Source: the human T2T-CHM13v2.0 reference genome, Homo sapiens. Taken from it: a stretch of DNA of 64,000 bases. Numbering within the stretch: position 1 is the first letter of the stretch; the number at the start of each line of letters is the position of its first letter. A model generated the notes under the pieces. The model was not told where the DNA came from. It saw only the letters and a program-made list of their open reading frames with translations, and searched no databases. The position numbers and the translations under genes are program-made. The DNA lies in NCBI RefSeq assembly GCF_009914755.1, contig NC_060926.1. The stretch is one strand, 5' to 3'. Positions 26,897 through 42,758 of this stretch are shown here, one piece after another.

Positions 26897-27205
26897 ATTT
26901 ATTCATTTTTTCATTTCTTTATTTTTAGAGATAGGGTCTCTCTCACTCAGGCTAGTGTGCAGTGATAGGATCATATTTCACTGTAATCTCAAATTCCTGG
27001 ACTCAAATGATCCTCCCATTTCAGCCTCCCAGATAAGCACTACAGACTTGTGTGACCTTGCCTGGCTAGTTTTTTAGTTTTCAATTTTAGAAGTGAAGTC
27101 TCTCTATGTTGCCCAGGCTGTTCTTAAACTCCTGGCATCAAACAGTCCTACTGCCTCGGCCTCCCCAACTGCTAGAATTACACACATGAGCCACCATGCC
27201 CAGCC
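26897..27205 (-). mobile_element. AluJ
   Basis: Diverged antisense Alu with J diagnostics (gatagggtctc, tatgttgcccagg); TSD tacttttagtatttt (26882-26896, 27206-27220). Confidence 0.93.
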
Positions 27206-27386
27206 TACTTTTAGTATTTTTCCTAGTATCTTTGTACATTGTATTGCCGAATTATTTTAGTGTTACTTATCTTTGAATAAAATGTATTTTTCTTGGATCA
27301 ATTAGTTGCAGCACGTTCTTAGGAATGGAATAGAGAAGCATCCTAAGCCAGAAGGATTTTTTTTTTTCTAGATCACAGTGAAGCTT

Positions 27387-27796
27387 TAATATGGTTTGGA
27401 TATTTGTCCCAGCCCAAATCCCATGCTGAATTGAAACCCCTAGTGCTGGAGGTGGGGCCTGGTGGAAGGTGTTTGGATCATGAGGACACATCTCTGATGA
27501 ATGGCCTAGCTCATCCTCTTAGTGATGATGAGTGAGTTCTCACAAGATCTGGTTGTAAAGTGTGCCCCACCACCGCCATTCTTTCTCTTGTTCCTGTTTT
27601 CTTCATGTGATGTGCCTGTTCCCCTTCACCTTCTGCAATGGCTGCAAGCTTCCTGAGGCCTCCCAAGAGCCAAGAAGATGCTGGAACCATGTTTCCTATA
27701 CAACCTCCAGAACCAAGAGTTTATTAAACTTATTTTCTTTATAAATTACCCAGTCTCAGCTATTTCTTTATGGTAATGCAAGAATGACCCAATACA
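27387..27796 (+). mobile_element. MSTA/MSTB MaLR solo LTR
   Basis: taatatggtttggat...ataaattacccagtctcag...aataca; 5-bp TSD agctt/agctc. Confidence 0.9.
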
Positions 27797-28231
27797 AGCT
27801 CCACAGATATGCAGTTGTCAGGTCCACATTGATTTGGCCTTTTCTTCTTCCTAGTCAGTAGAGATCCAAAACTATATGGTTACTCAGAATGGCACTATCT
27901 CTTTAACATTTTTTTTTTAACTGGCAGATTGATTTCTGCTAAAATAGCTTCTCTGTGTATTTTCATTCAGGTCTGTCTCCTTTGTTACGTTACCATGTAC
28001 AATGGGGTTGGAAAAAAGTTGTGCTATTGGAGGAAACATCCCATGGTCACTGTACTTAACAGGAACTTTGAACATGTAGCTTTAAGGCAAGCTACCTACT
28101 CTGGCGAATTGTGCTTAGTCTCTCTATGTATCCAAGCTCTTCAGCAACAGGTGTCATTGCATGTGTCTCTCCACTCCACTCTTGTATTTAATCCTCAGTA
28201 GATTTGGAGGTAGATTTGGTAGATTCTTCTT

Positions 28232-28539
28232 CTTCTCCTTTTTTTTTTTTTTTTTTTTTTTTGATAAAGCTTCGATCTTTTGCCAGGCTGGAGTGCAATG
28301 GCACAATCTCAGCTCACTGAAACCTTCACCTCCCAGGTTCAGGCGATTCTCCTGCCTCAGACTCCTGAGTAGCTGGGACTACAGGTGTGCACCACCACAC
28401 CCAGCTAATTTTTGTATTTTTAATAGAGACGAGGTTCCACCATGTTGGCCAGGATTTTCTCGATCTCTTGACCTTGTGATCTGCCCGCCTCAGTCTCCGA
28501 AAGTGCTGGGATTACAGGTATAAGCCACCACACCTGGCC
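28232..28539 (-). mobile_element. Alu (AluSc-like)
   Basis: Antisense Alu; TSD agattcttctt (28221-28231, 28540-28550). Confidence 0.96.
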
Positions 28540-29494
28540 AGATTCTTCTTGAATGTAAGAAGACACCAGATGGAATACCTAGTTTCATTAAATGTCAAAC
28601 TTGAGTTTCTGTTTTATTCTTTAAAATGTCTGGGGATGTATTCTTTTCTATTAGTAAAATAATTATGTGTAGCATTTAATGCAATGACTAGGTTCCAGAC
28701 ATTTTTCAGTTTTTACATCTCTATTAACTAATTTTAATGAAAGTCCCAAAATACATAATGTTTTATATACTCTGTTTTATGTATTTCAATGGTGGGAAGA
28801 GAGCCAAAAATTTTATCAGATTTTTTAAAGAGTTTCAGGATGCCAAAATTATTTTAAAACACTAATTTCATAATTGATATAATTAGCAAATTAAATGGTC
28901 TCGAATTGAATCATGCTAGACCCAATTGACCAAAAAACTATTTAAACCTACTTACAAATTCAAATGTGCCCCAAACATCAACTACACACTGAATAAATAT
29001 CTCCCACCTTTATTAGCCATTATTTCCTTTTTCACAATATATGCATACATATCTGTGGTAAATACACAAATTCACACGGCCTTTTTGTCAATGAATATTC
29101 TCTTTTATTCTTTATATATATTATACTTTAAGTTCTAGGGTATATGTGCACAACGTGCAGGTTTGTTACATATGTATACATGTGCCATGTTGGCGTGCTG
29201 CACCAATTAACTCGTCATTTACATTAGGTATATCACCTAATGCTATCCCTCCCCGCTACCCCCATCCCACAACAGGCCCCGGTGTGTGATGTTCCCCTTC
29301 CTGTGTCCAAGTGTTCTCATTGTTCAATTCCCACCTATGAGTGAGAACATGTGGTGTTTGTTTTTTTGTCCTTGTGGTAGTTTGCTGAGAATGATGGTTT
29401 CCAGCTTCATCCATGTCCCTACAAAGGACATGAACTCATCATTTTCTATGGCTGCATAGTGTTCCATGGTGTATATGTGCCACATTTTCTTAAT

Positions 29495-30067
29495 CTAGTC
29501 TATCATTGTTGGACATCTGGGTTGGTCCCAAGTCTTTGCTATTGTGAATAGTGCCACAATAAACATACGTGTGCATGTGTCTTTATAGCAGCATGATTTA
29601 TATTCCTTTGGGTATATACCCAGTAATGGGATGGCTGGGTCAAATGGTATTTCTAGTTCTAGATCCCTGAGGAATCGCCACACTGACTTCCACAATGGTT
29701 GAACTAGTTTACAGTCCCACCAGCAGTGTAAAAGTGTTCCTATTTGTCCACATCCTCTCCAGCACCTGTTGTTTCCTGACTTTTTAATGATCGCCATTCT
29801 AACTGGTGTGAGATGGTATCTCATTGTGGTTTTGATTTGCATTTCTCTGATGGCCAGTGATGATGAGCATTTTTTCATGTGTCTGTTGGCTGCATAAATG
29901 TCTTCTTTTGAAAAGTGTCTATGCATATCCTTCACCCACTTTTTGATGAGTTTAATTGTTTTTTTCTTGTAAATTTGTTTGAGTTCATTGTAGATTCTGG
30001 ATATTAGCCATCTGTCAGATGAGTAGATTGCAAAAATTTTCTCCCATTCTGTAGGTTTCCTGTTCAC
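29495..30067 (-). pseudogene. L1 ORF2p C-terminal (Cys-rich) remnant
   Basis: [27 protein letters not shown], the CCHC-type ORF2 C-terminal motif. Confidence 0.93.
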
Positions 30068-30196
30068 TCTGATGGTAGTTTCTTTTGCTGTGCAGAAGCT
30101 CTTTAGTTTAATTAGATCCCATTTGTCAATTTTGGCTTTGTTGCCATTGCTTCTGGTGTTTTAGACATGAAGTCCTTGCCCATGCCTATGTCCTGA

Positions 30197-31255
<1,059 letters not shown>

Positions 31256-31274
31256 CTTCAAACTATACTACTAG

Positions 31275-31445
<171 letters not shown>

Positions 31446-31448
31446 TAA

Positions 31449-31574
<126 letters not shown>

Positions 31575-31700
31575 TAAACAATAGCTAATATTTACTAATC
31601 ACAAAATGAGTTAGGAACTTTAAAAATTGTTTCTTGTTTTTTACTGAAATTCTTAATGTTATAAACTGGTTTTGCTGTATTTAGAGATTAGAAGACTGAG

Positions 31701-32085
31701 TGTTATGGTTTGAATGTCTTTTCCAAGGCTCATGTTGAAGTTTAGTTGCCAGGAACTGTGTTCTGAAGTGCGGTCTTTAAGAGGTGATTAGGTTGTGAGG
31801 GCTCTGCCATTGTGAATGCATTAATGTTGTTATCACAGGAGTGGATTTCTGATAAAATGAATTAATTTGCCCCCTTCCCCTTTTTCTCTTGCTTATTCCT
31901 GCCCACCTCCCTGTTGTGCGTGCTTGCTCTTGCCATGCCATGCATTCCACGTGCCTTTGTCGGATGCCAGGGCTATACTCTTGAGCTTGCCAGCCTCCAG
32001 GACCATGAGCCAAATGAACTACTTTTTCTTATAAATTACCCAGTCTGTGGTATTCCTTTATAACACCAGGAAATGAACTAAGACA
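31701..32085 (+). mobile_element. MSTC/MSTD-like MaLR solo LTR inserted in a MIR
   Basis: tgttatggtttgaatgtc...ataaattacccagtctgtggtattc...actaagaca; flanks rejoin as MIR core (gaagactgag|gtatggaga). Confidence 0.85.
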
Positions 32086-33101
32086 CCAAGGTATGGAGAA
32101 ACTGAGCAGCTTGCCAGTGGACATATTCCTAGGAAATGGTGGAGTGGGACATGAAGCCTGGCTATAAATTTCCAGAGCCTTATTCTTAACCATTGCATTA
32201 AAATATCTTATACTCTGAAAGTCATCCATTAATATTTGAGATCTGTGGAGTTTTGGTCATTTGTTTAAAATGTCGAAATGATAACTTCATTATAAAAATG
32301 CTGAGAAAGCCTGTGTAATAATGAGTTAAAACTTTTTTTGATAGTCCATGTGTTGTTCCTTGGAGATTTATTTAGGTGATACTTGCAGAGAGGTGTTTGA
32401 AAGTTAACCTGATGGTTTGTAGTAAAGAAAGACCAGTTAGGGAAGACTTAGTAAATACCTGCTGAAATGGGTCCAGTCTGAAGGAGCAGGACTGGCAATA
32501 ACATTTGAAGAAGGGATGTGAACAGATTCAGAACATATGAGTAAATGCAGTACTATTTAGATTTTTCTCAGTGAATAATATGGAAATGGCAGGGGAGGCA
32601 AAATCCCATGGAATGTCCTCTGTTAACGAGGCAGCACAATCCATGACAGGCTTAAAGAACATGTGAAATTTGTCTTGAATCTAGCTGCAAGACATCAGTA
32701 TCCGTATTCTGTTTCTGCCCTCTTTGCTATAACCTCAATTTCTTCTCTGTATTTTCTTGTCTGCTTAGCACTTCTTGTTGGTCTTTCCAAGGGTGGATGG
32801 TTTCTTCATCTTTCTGGTGCACTTTAGAATCACACTGCATGTCCCCTCTTCTAGCTCTACACTTATTTTAGACTTTGAGCCATTGTTTTAGACACTTGAG
32901 AACTTTGCCAACTGGTATAGTCTTACATCATTGACCCTGTCCCAACTCTGGCACCTGAGGAAATAGAGAATTAACAATGATTGAAGAAACTTGGTATTAG
33001 ACATGTTGACAAAAGATAAATATTGAATACTATGCATATAGAAGAATACAGGTCTCATTTAAATAATCCAGTTACTTTTAAAATTCCCAGCTTCATCAAA
33101 G

Positions 33102-33135
<34 letters not shown>

Positions 33136-33399
33136 CTTTCATAATTGGCCTGAGTTCTACCTATATGTCATGGTATAAACCACCACGAGCATAGTGCAAT
33201 GAACAGTCTTCTGAAGGACTGAGATGAGCAAGTGCAGGAAGATTACAATTGAATTTGTAGTTAAATTTTAAAAGAGAAAGGGAAGTATAATAGTCTATAA
33301 TGCTTCTTTCTCTTTTGATATTGTCTGGTTTTGTTTCTACTGTCTTGTCATTAAGAAGTTTAACACAGTTGTTCACTTTTGGAGTTTCTAAGTCACAGA

Positions 33400-33510
33400 T
33401 ATCATTCCAAGCAAATCTTGTTTCTAATCTTCATAACAACTGTGTAAGGTATTATTATACCCACTTTAAAGATGAGAAAACAAGGGTTTAGAAGGCAATT
33501 AAAAATTTTT
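33400..33510 (-). mobile_element. MIR core
   Basis: taatcttcataacaactgtgtaaggtattattatacccactttaaagatgagaaaac. Confidence 0.75.
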
Positions 33511-33981
33511 CTATTACATTGGTAAATTAAACACATATAATCTACCCAAAAATTTCATGAGAATTAATTTAAAGATTTGTTTACAGGCATAAATGTGCAA
33601 TTAAATAAAAGAAGAGACAACAGCTATAATTTATTTTTAAGCTGCAGATCAAGTAGATACATGGAACTTACTTAACAAACCATAGAGTATTCTTGTCTTA
33701 GTTAGCAATGGAAAAAGAAAAGAAGCAACTTGGGAGGAAGAAAGGAAGGAAGGAAGGAAGGAAGGACAGGGCAGGCCAGGGAGTCCAAAATATCCAGATG
33801 ATGGTGTAAGCAGGTACTTAAGTTAGGAGAGGTGAAGGAACAATTGAATATAGCTCAAGGTAGTGACACTAAAAGAGAGAATTCTAATAAACATTTCCAA
33901 ATAGAAAATATAGTTAAACATTGCGAAAACTCTGCACACTCTGAAAAAAAAGAAGATTCTTATAGAATCTCTACCTAAGAG

Positions 33982-33983
<2 letters not shown>

Positions 33984-34026
<43 letters not shown>
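33984..34026. repeat. (AC)21 microsatellite
   Basis: Seen directly. Confidence 0.97.
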
Positions 34027-34028
<2 letters not shown>

Positions 34029-34434
34029 CTCATCCAAAGGACAAGAAAATAGAAAAGATTCTCAGATTTTCAAAAACAAACCTCACTCCTGAAAGGCAAT
34101 GAAGCTTACGTTTAAAGCTTGGAACAGTGGCTTCCAATCTGGAATTCTATACTTATCCAGCGTACTGATTTATTTTGAGGGTACAATAAACACTTAAAGG
34201 TCTATACAATTTTACTTCCTATTATCTTTTCTCAGAAATAAACCAAAGGATATTCTCTACCAAAACCTGAGAGGAAAAAAAAAAAGGAAGAAAGAAAGTA
34301 GAATATAGGGTTATAAATCAATAGAGAGGAAAGTAAATTTTCCAAATTTATGTAGAAATGATGTTCCATATGCCAGCACTCATAGCTATTGAGCGCTCGA
34401 AATGTGTTTAGTCCAAACTATGATGTGTTCTAAT

Positions 34435-34624
34435 CAGGGTCAGCAAACTTTTTCTGTAACAGCCCAGATAGTAAATATTTTAAGCTTTATGGGTCAGACA
34501 ACTCTGTCATAGCAACACAAAACAGCCGCTGACAGTAAGAAATGGTAGTGGCTATATCCTAATAAAAGGGTAGTTGCAAAATCAAGTGACAAGCAGCTTT
34601 GGACACACAAGTTGCTGACCCCTC
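34435..34624. mobile_element. MER58A hAT element
   Basis: Terminal inverted repeats cagggtcagcaaact / agttgctgacccct; internal cagatagtaaatattttaagcttt. Confidence 0.85.
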
Positions 34625-34684
34625 CTCTTAGTATAAAACACGCCATGGATTTCAAAAGTTAGTACATAAAAGTATGTCTGTGTA

Positions 34685-34728
<44 letters not shown>

Positions 34729-34737
34729 ATCTATCTA
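34685..34737. repeat. (TATC)11+ tetranucleotide STR
   Basis: Seen directly. Confidence 0.97.
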
Positions 34738-34827
34738 TATATCTACATACTATCTCAAACTTTTATATTGATTATAGATTGAAATATTTTGCACATACTG
34801 GATTGAATAGAATATATTAATGAAGTT

Positions 34828-34971
<144 letters not shown>

Positions 34972-37884
34972 TAAATGTGGTAACTAGAACTTTAAGCTTA
35001 ATATGTGGCTCCCATTCTGTTTCTGTTGGACTATGTCTTATCTAGAATGATGCCTATGTCTTGTATATAAAAGACTTTCTGTCAAAACTAGAGCAGTTCA
35101 GAAGCTTGGAGTTATGACTGAACATATGGAAGAATTACATAAATGAGAGATGGCTGAGAGTTGAGCTAATTAGAAATTTATCTAGAAAATTAGACAGATA
35201 AAAAATACGAAACAACAACAAACCTTAACTTCTGCAAAACCAAACCAATTAAATGAGAAAGAAAATGTCAACAGGGTATATGTGCCTCAACTGTGAATAG
35301 CTGCAGTGACTTAATCATGGAAGTGTTAACACTGCATTTTCATTTAGTTACAATTATATCTATCTATTGACAGAATGTGGATTATGGAAGATGGACAGGT
35401 AGGGGTGTGTGCGTGTGTGTGTGTAGGGGTGCGTAGAGGTAGATTATTGATATACACAAATCTAAATCTTCATCTTTCATGGAAGATGTCAATAGAAAAT
35501 AGTTTTTGAATAAAAAGAATAATAAATAGTAGAAAAATATTTAGAAACAAACACCAAAATAATCAGAAAGAAAAAGTATTGCTTTGGGAAATAGGAATTG
35601 GGGCGACAAAAGTGGGAGTCTGCTGGTTTTTATAGTAATCTTTATAGAATTAATTCTTTAATATATATGCAAGCCTAAATAATTAAAATAAATATTATAA
35701 AATAAATACACTAGAATAGAATTTTCAAATATGGAAGAAAGGAACAGAAAGAAGAAGGAAATGTGGGAAGGAGAGTATACAATTTACCCAAAGTCACATG
35801 GTTAATGACTGGGCTGAAGTTTAATCTGAAGCAGACTTGTCTGGTTCTATTACATGATACTACCTAACTACAGAAGTAATGAAAGCATGATCAAGGCAAA
35901 CAAATTAAATGCCAGCTTGTTACATAGACATCAGCATGGATGTCAGTCACATCTCAGTCATATACATGTGTACTTTAATTCCAGGAAAGATGTCGTAAAC
36001 AAAGGACCCCTGCCAAAATCCTGAGCCACTCCAATCCAGCCTTTGCTGAATTCCCAAAGCCTCCTCTGAAATTGCAGAACTATTGTCTCTTTCTGAATGA
36101 GACCATTTCACTATCTCTCATTACCTCAGGAAAGACATAAGTAAGAAAATAATCAGGACTTTGCCCTTGCCTTTCTATCCTAATTTCTTGTAAAAATTTC
36201 ATCCTTAGAGGTAGCTCCAAATTCTGGCTTTGTAGGTTGGTGTAGACTTTAGTACTCTTCCCCACATTCTCTATCAGAACCCAAAGCCACTCTCAGTAAT
36301 TATTAACAATGTGTTAGGCAAATGCGGTAAATAGGCTCTTTGCATTATTTTGCATTTCTAAAATAAATTGAGTAAACATAGTCTACACAACTTCCATGTT
36401 GCAGCCCCTATGGTTAACAGTCTTGGCTGAGAAAATTTAAGTCTTCTCACAAAAAATATAGCAAAAGTCTGAGGAAAAACAAATAGCCAAGGTACAAAGT
36501 TCACTAAACATCTGCCACCTGTTTCGCCATACCAGGAACACTGTCTATAAATACAGCAGTATTCTTGATTATTGTGGGTATGCTTTTGTTCATGATTTTG
36601 ATCGAGAACATGGTTTATTTCTTTCCTTTTGTAGGTCTATTTTTATTTGTTAAAAAATGACAAACTTTGTGAAGTTTGAGCTTCCTTTTTGGCATAAATA
36701 GATGCAATATCCAATTGTGTCAATATTTGTTTAGTTCTTTTAAAAGGCTCAGCATGGCTCAAAGCCATTGAAACAGAAAGTAGTTCATTTATGTGTGTTT
36801 ACACAAACACAGGGACCTGTTCATATTCTAATCAAGATCTATAATATTTCGAGCTTATCTGTGATGTTTTCAAACTTTTTTTTTTCTTTACCTACTCCTC
36901 ATATACACACGAATCTCTCTTACCTCATTAAAATGGATACCTGTTCTTTCTTTCTTCTCAGGATGACATTCAATATATTTATCTTTCTTATTCTAGCAAA
37001 ATATTTACAGTAATCATCTTATACCTCCATGCGATCACCGATTACCCCATAACTCACATCTATCTAATTCCTGTCCTCAGCATCATTCAGTTAACGACCT
37101 GAACCTTTTATATTTTGGTCCCCTACATCTTTTTGTCCCCTACAGCTCTCATGATCTTTAACTCCCGAATTATTCAAGTTGATTTTACCCCTCCTAGAAA
37201 CTTTTCTCCTTTTGCCCTTGAATCAAAGTCTTTGTTTATCCTCTTGACATTATTTTTTTCTTCTCTCATTTCTTCCTCTCTACATGGAGGCCTTTACCTA
37301 TTACATTTGATACATTCCCTGATTTTCCACCTTTCTCTCCATAGCAGGTCACATTACTTCAGCAAGCGCCTCTGTGCAAAATATACTTCCTAAAAGTTAT
37401 TCTACGTATTTTACTTAGCTCTAATTCCAAATCACCATCAGCTCATTGCACATTTTTGCTCTGCCTTCACACCGAGGACAAACATCCAGCTTGTCCTTGC
37501 ATAGAGATGGAAGGAAAGAAATCACAGTAAAATCTGGCTCCAAAAACAAAGAGAGCAAGAGTGACATAATATTCAACGTAGTGCCTGAGTCACAGAAGCT
37601 ATGTCCTTCTTCATTGCTCCTCAGGTCCAGTCATTATGCTGCTGAATCTGTTTTCCCTAACCCTTTTCTTCTCACTAACATCTTTTCCTTTTCTTCCAAC
37701 TGCCATCATTTAGTTCAAATGTTATGCCTTATTGCAGTTCAACATCTGAACTACTCTGCTGATCCTTCTCACTTGCAATATATCCAGAAAAATGTCACCA
37801 CAGTATTTTTTATAAAGCTGTTTTTCTTGTTCAAAAGTCTTCTTTTATTTCTCACTGGTAACAGGTACATTTCTTATTCCTTAG

Positions 37885-38116
37885 TCCAGTTAAAAACCTG
37901 GGAGGTGTTTTGGCTCCTCGTCTCCCCAGAGACATACGGTAGTGTCTGAAAACAATTTTGATAATCACACTTGGGGGTGCAGGTGCTATGGGTATGTAGT
38001 GGGTAGAGGCCAGTGGTGCTGCTAAGCGTCTACAACACAGAGAACAGCTCACTACAGCAACACATACAAAACGCACGGCACAAAATGTCATCAGTGCCAA
38101 CACTGAGAGACCCTGC
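37885..38116. mobile_element. MER20 hAT element
   Basis: tagtgggtagaggccagtggtgctgctaa...caaaatgtcatcagtgccaacactgagagaccctg. Confidence 0.85.
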
Positions 38117-38181
38117 CTTAATCTTTATATATGTATAACATCTATATAAGCATATAAATATTTATATACATATATGTTTGA

Positions 38182-38481
<300 letters not shown>

Positions 38482-40194
38482 TGATATAAATATTAAATAT
38501 GTTATTTATATAAAATATGTGTGTGTGTATATATATATATATGTTATCTGAATTTGCTTTGATGGTACCTTTGCAATTGTATTATCCATTATTCCCTAGT
38601 ATTAGTCTTATTCTCTTCTCAATCTGTCCATCATCCTGGAAACATATCTGAAACATTTTGGTCTCACTGCCAGACAGGTTGTTTCCTTTTTCTGCCTTTT
38701 GACTTAAAAGAAAAAATCTTTTTAATCTTCTTCATGAAATGTTAATATAGCCACCATGTAAAACAGTAATTTCCTTTCTCCTGTAATGTTGAAAATGTAA
38801 GCCTTAGCCAAAGGACCTTATCCTCTGGGGTAAATCATTAGTTTCAGAAAAGCCCTATCATGCCCCCAGAAAGTGACCAACTTATCTAGATGGAAAACAT
38901 CCAGGACTTTTCAAATACTGAGGAAGATTTAACTAGGAGATGTTCAAGTAGAATTAAGTTGAATTTCAATAGATACTGAGATGGCAGGCTTTCTAAATCT
39001 ACCTGAGCCTTAAAAAAAAAAAAAAATCCTGAAAAATCACTCCCTGTAAAGCCCAGTGGCTAATACTCAGCTTCTCTGTTTTCCTAGTGGAGGTCTTTAA
39101 TGTAGGTACTGTCACATTTAACATAGGAAGATGACCCTAGGTGATCACAGGCACACGTGGGAAACAGTCTATATGCTTACATGTTTCTATTTATAGTAAA
39201 CTATTGCTCCCTGGCGTTCTGCATCCAAAGAGTGGCATTCATGCCCAGAAACACTTCTGCCAAACAGTTCATATATTGTAATGAGCAAATGTATTCATCA
39301 TTTCAGAATAGACTAAGCAGAACTGTGTCTCTAGAGAGACAATTTCCTACATGTTTGCTTGAGAGTTCAGGTGGATTACTTACATACTTTTAGTGATCAC
39401 GGCACAGAGAAGCCTCTTCATCGCCACCTAACATTTATAATTTGTGTGACCTAGGACTTTGATTTAAAGATGCCAGAAATTGTAATGGACACCTGATGGA
39501 ACATTTGGACCTGATGACCAACAATCATCACCCTGAGCAAATTGGAGAGTGTCTTATATCCAGAGCTTTTGTCCAGTGTTCTAGCAATTTTTGTTTTTGT
39601 TTTTGGTGGAATAAAAGTCTGAAAATTATCTTTAAAAGTCATATACCCAATAGTGTTTTTGATTTTTGGCAATGCCCTCAGTTAAAACAAGCCAAAATAA
39701 AACAAAATGTATGCAACAATATTTAAACTATTCGAGGGTTTCTAGTTCTTAATAGAAAAATGAGTATACATCCATTTTCTCCCTTCACAGATTGTACCAT
39801 GGTCAAGAGGAAAGAACGTTCTCCTTAGTGTTGAGAGTAAGAGGCTAGGAGGCAAAAGAGATGGTGGAGAAGCCCTTGACAAATCATGGCTGGAACAGTA
39901 GCATAGAAGAAGTGGAATATGAAAGTGAGGGTCCAACTGTGGTTGAAGGCCAGGCCATGCAATGGGCATGCGTGCTGTTCCTGGTCATTCAGTTTGCTCC
40001 AGAAGCACTCAAGCCCAGGTGCTGGTGAGGAAGCTTAGGATCGTGAGAAAATCCTGGTTGGAGTATTTGCAGACAAGAAATCTTATGGCCAAAGTGGGGG
40101 AGTTAAAAGTATTGACAAAAGTGGTAAAATGGTGAGCCATGGAGCCAAAGCTGAATCGAGTATTCAAAAAGGGGACTAATTGAAAGAATATAGA

Positions 40195-40563
<369 letters not shown>

Positions 40564-41694
40564 TCAGAACTCATGTCATATCAATGAATCAGAATCTCTA
40601 CAGGTGGGGTTTCAGCCAATATATATATTTTTCCACTATATGTGTCAGCACTGAGAATCATTGTCACCTAAACTTCATGAAACTTGAGATGTGGATAAGA
40701 CATGAAGGAGGCCTAGAAAACAACATAGTGGAAGGAATGGATCAAAATACCTACCAATGATATGAGGTAGTAGGAGAGAGTAAGATACTTGAATTTGAGA
40801 TTTAATTAGTGAAGCAGTTGAAAGCCATTGAAATTGAAAAAAATCAAGTAATTGAGAGATGGGTGTGTTGGATGGTGAATACAGCATCTTTATGGTAAGG
40901 AGAAAGAGGAGTTTCCAAACTATTCTATAAAAGACAAGCCATGATGTACAGAATTATTTTTCAAAAGCCACTGGATAGATGAGAAGAACTAGTGACCATT
41001 TTTGTATGGTTTTCTAGAAGTCGTAAGTTAAGCCAGGAGTTACAGAGTGGTTTTTTAAAGGAGAAGGTGTTTATTTAAAAAAGAAATAGGTTTTGGAGGA
41101 AGGGGCATCATATAAAGGGCTCTTGCCAGTGTATCTGGTTACTTCTTTTGTATGGGGGCACCTAAATTTGGAAGCATCAGTCACACTAGGGCCAACACAA
41201 GAACACTTGGGATACCAAGGCTGGAAAGAGAGAAAAAAAGGAGACACCTGGCAACAAGACATTTTGCCTACAATGATTTCATCAGGGTTATTCTTAGAAG
41301 AGGCAGTGAACACAGACTCTTATGTTAACTTTAGGCAACATAGGTGACACCGAATGTTGTGATAAGCCATCATTAGGTTTTCGTAGATAAACAGCAAATT
41401 TGTTTTCTCCTCACATTTCAGTCTGGTGAAAGAGGTTGCAGATGAGGAGGCTCAGCTCCATTTAACCCTTCAGAGAGACAGGGGCTCCATCATCCCGTTG
41501 GAGTCTCCTTCCATATCCACAGCAGCCAATCAGCCAATGACCCAAGAGAAAGACCTTGCAGGCTCTCATAACAGTCCTGGGGGTGATGTCAGCATTTTAG
41601 CCCAATTGCCTTCAGTTAGAAAACAGAATGAGGTTTTCTTCAGGAAGAAAATTAGGGATAAGACTATTCATGATCACCCAGCATTTTTTTTTTT

Positions 41695-41870
41695 TTTTTG
41701 GTCACACTATGTAACTTTAGGCAAGTCACTTAACCTGTTTGGGCCTCAGCAATCTCATCTGTAAAAGAGAGATAATTTTTATATTGTCCAACTCATGAGG
41801 TTTTTATAGAGTAAAAAAAAAAATAATGCCTGGAATATATTAGGCACTAAATGCATATTATGTACCAGTA
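41695..41870 (+). mobile_element. MIR SINE
   Basis: ggcaagtcacttaacctgtttgggcctcagcaatctcatctgtaaaa. Confidence 0.8.
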
Positions 41871-41889
41871 CTGAATATGCATTATATAA

Positions 41890-42115
41890 TGTTATCAGGT
41901 ACCATATCTTGAGCACCAAGTATAAAGCTTTGTGATAAGAAAGTTTATATTCCACTTTGATGCTCCGTAGCACCCCTGTGAGGTAGGTACCCTTTTTACA
42001 TTTTATAATAGAAGAAATAGATGCTAGAGCACATAACCAGTAAGTGGCCATGCTGGACTAGAAATGTAGAATTATCTGACCTTAAACCCAAGATCTTTCT
42101 AGTACTCCATGTTGC
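41890..42115 (-). mobile_element. MIR SINE
   Basis: caccCctgtgaggtaggtacctttttacattttataatagaagaaa...gtaagtggc. Confidence 0.7.
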
Positions 42116-42686
42116 TTCTGCATGCAATTTCCTAATAGCTAAGTGACTTCTGTGTGTGTGTATGTGTGTCCATGTGCACGTGTAGGGAGCAGTCTATATG
42201 CTTATGTGTCTCTATAAATAACATGAAATTGCTCCCAAGTGTTCTACATCCAAAGAATGATGTTCATGCCCAGAAACACTTCTGCCAAACAGTTCATATA
42301 TTGTAATTACAATGAGCAAATGGATTCATCATTTCGGAATTGACTGTGTAGAGTGATAGTGAAAGTAAATGCCTGTAAAACAAAATTTAATTAAGCTTAA
42401 TACAACCTACACATATTTTTTAAATAAAAACTAGTGAGAAAATTAATTTAGTCAACTATCAATAGTGTTCCTACATAGAGAAATCTGAAGGGCTTTGGCA
42501 CTAATATTCCAAGCATTCTATTACCATTTAAACAAGCAGAGCAATTATCACAAGCATTGAACGTGACACATCAGTTAAAAAAATGTGAGAGCCCATTGAG
42601 CTTTTAGGTTACCCAAGGGAAATTATCAATTTGCTCATATATGTGCTTTGTAAATGGAGAAGAACAGCATAAATATGTTGGGTATT

Positions 42687-42704
42687 CTCTCTCTCTCTCT
42701 TCTC

Positions 42705-42747
<43 letters not shown>

Positions 42748-42758
42748 TACGCACACAC
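42687..42758. repeat. (CT)n(CA)n compound microsatellite
   Basis: Seen directly. Confidence 0.93.

Noticed and set aside
33743-33766. (GGAA)n tract as an ETS-fusion response element
   Set aside because: Only about five units; short and common
37446-37949. 167-aa ORF, among the longest non-L1 ORFs
   Set aside because: Non-ATG start, no domain, runs through L2-like sequence into MER20
41695-42115. Tail-to-tail inverted MIR pair as a hairpin
   Set aside because: Copies are too diverged to pair extensively
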